A stretch of 64,000 bases of DNA from Octopus bimaculoides (taxonomy: Eukaryota), in the NCBI RefSeq assembly GCF_001194135.2, contig NC_068993.1:28802394-28866393 (forward strand). Direction: 5' to 3'. A model generated the notes under the pieces. It was not told where the DNA came from, ran no database searches, and was given only the letters and a program-made list of their open reading frames with translations. Below are positions 62,373-64,000 of this stretch, one piece after another (within the stretch, counting starts at the first letter, position 1; the number at the start of each line of letters is the position of its first letter). A program made the translations under genes and the position numbers.

Positions 62373-64000
62373 TTATTTAGATAATTTAATAATTACATAT
62401 ATAAGACGTATGCATATGATACATATATTATACAAAACCACATTAAAATGCAAATCCCAAGCTGAAAAAAACACAAACATGAGTGAAGAAAGGAAAAAAA
62501 AAGAGGAAAAAGAGAAAGAAAGAAAGAAAAAATATCAATTCAACACAAAGTACTTCAATTAGTAGCATAACACACAGTTCAATGGAACCTACTAAAGCAA
62601 GCCAATATGCTTGCAGCATTACCATGAGCTGGCAAGGCTAAGACATTGGAACAGCCAAGCACCCTCATGGGCATCACCTGACACCTTGACAGGGCAAACT
62701 GCCATGATGACAGCCACAGGCTGGAAGAATATTCAGGAGTTCTGATACTTAAGGATTTTGTTCCATTCAACTACAGAAGCAATGACCCTCCCATTTACTG
62801 CAACATCCAAAATATGGGAGGGAGCAAAGGAGTCACAGACTGTAGCGACCCAGATGAGGCACCTACTTCTTACCTAGGGACAAAGGGTAAGACCATCTGG
62901 CCTCTTCCCATCACTTCAGAATATTCTCAGCTTCCTGTACACACACATACATACACATGTTTATATCTATACTCTATATGCATGAGAATGTTGATGTAAT
63001 ATCTATTATATAAGTAACAAGATTATGGAACAGTTTTTAATGAATGGAATAAACATCTGTTCTCTCACCTCACTTCTCTTATCTATTCTATTCATATGTG
63101 TGTGCATGTGTGTATAGATATACACACATACAAAAACATAAAGTAAACAGTAGTATTCAAGCAAAGTGGTGGTGGTAGTTTGTATGAGCAATTATTGAAT
63201 ATAAATAGTTGAAAGGTAAATGAAATTGGGGTTGAACATGTTGAATATGCATTCAGTCCCTTTTGTATTATTATATTTTTATAATGTCTTAGGAATACTA
63301 TGTTTTCAACAAAAAAGATTATAATTTTTCTCCCAAAATAGCTTTTCAAAATTTCAGTCCCCACCCAAACTTTTTGTTTTATGCTTTTTGCAAAAATGTT
63401 TTTTTTAGAATTCTACTGACAAAATAAAGAGAATATGATTCTGAAAAGTAAAAAAAAAATTTGTCAAAATTTTGATTTTGCTAGAATATTTGCCACCTTA
63501 CCTTTTGGCTTTTAGACTAATTGTCTCACCCCTATACAAAATTCCAGATGTTTTTTTAAAACTCTATTGCTCATTTTCACACATGTGGGTGATTGTCAAA
63601 CCAGTAGATAAAAAGAGCGAGGCCTCAATATCATTATTCAGCTTGCCAGAAATAACAGCCAAAGTACTGNNNNNNNNNNNNNNNNNNNNNNNNNNNNNNN
63701 NNNNNNNNNNNNNNNNNNNNNNNNNNNNNNNNNNNNNNNNNNNNNNNNNNNNNNNNNNNNNNNNNNNNNNNNNNNNNNNNNNNNNNNNNNNNNNNNNNNN
63801 NNNNNNNNNNNNNNNNNNNNNNNNNNATTTCACTTTTTTTATATTATTTTCTCTCCTGGCTTTTGGAATAACACCCTCCCCACAAATTTGGAATGCATCA
63901 GCACAATTGTTTCTACTCACCCAAATCAACCCTCACTGAAATAATACAAAATTTTTTTGGGCCCATCTCCCACTCCTTTAATGAGAAATCAAAATAGAAT

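Noticed and set aside
1-64000. Prokaryotic operon, defence system or CRISPR array
   Set aside because: No intact prokaryote-like ORFs or repeat-spacer arrays; the window is repeat-rich animal DNA.

Overview
AT-rich, gap-containing animal genomic DNA made almost entirely of decayed transposable elements and microsatellites. The SINE/LINE families, (AT)n/(CA)n/(ATC)n tracts and TTAGGG repeats look cephalopod, most likely Octopus (recognition from memory, not a search). I found no intact host gene, rRNA, functional tRNA or CRISPR array. Elements present: several RTE-clade LINEs of two families, an R4/Dong-type LINE with a restriction-like endonuclease (RLE), at least five Penelope-like element (PLE) remnants, two mariners, a maT-type (DD37D) element, a Sola2-like transposon, piggyBac-like and other MITEs, and many tRNA-derived SINEs. 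Main leads: (1) a head-to-tail array of diverged gag/ORF1-only units with no reverse transcriptase (44553-49670, plus a fourth start at 50401), joined by a conserved motif and an exact 18-bp direct repeat, reminiscent of HAL1/HeT-A; (2) minimal hammerhead-ribozyme-like motifs sharing a non-canonical core (CCGANGA...GGAAAC-palindrome-GUA) in two unrelated sequence contexts; (3) two LINEs of different clades with twin-priming-type 5' inversions; (4) a TIR element built around head-to-head telomeric repeats. Coordinates were read by eye, and element edges are approximate unless a motif is quoted.
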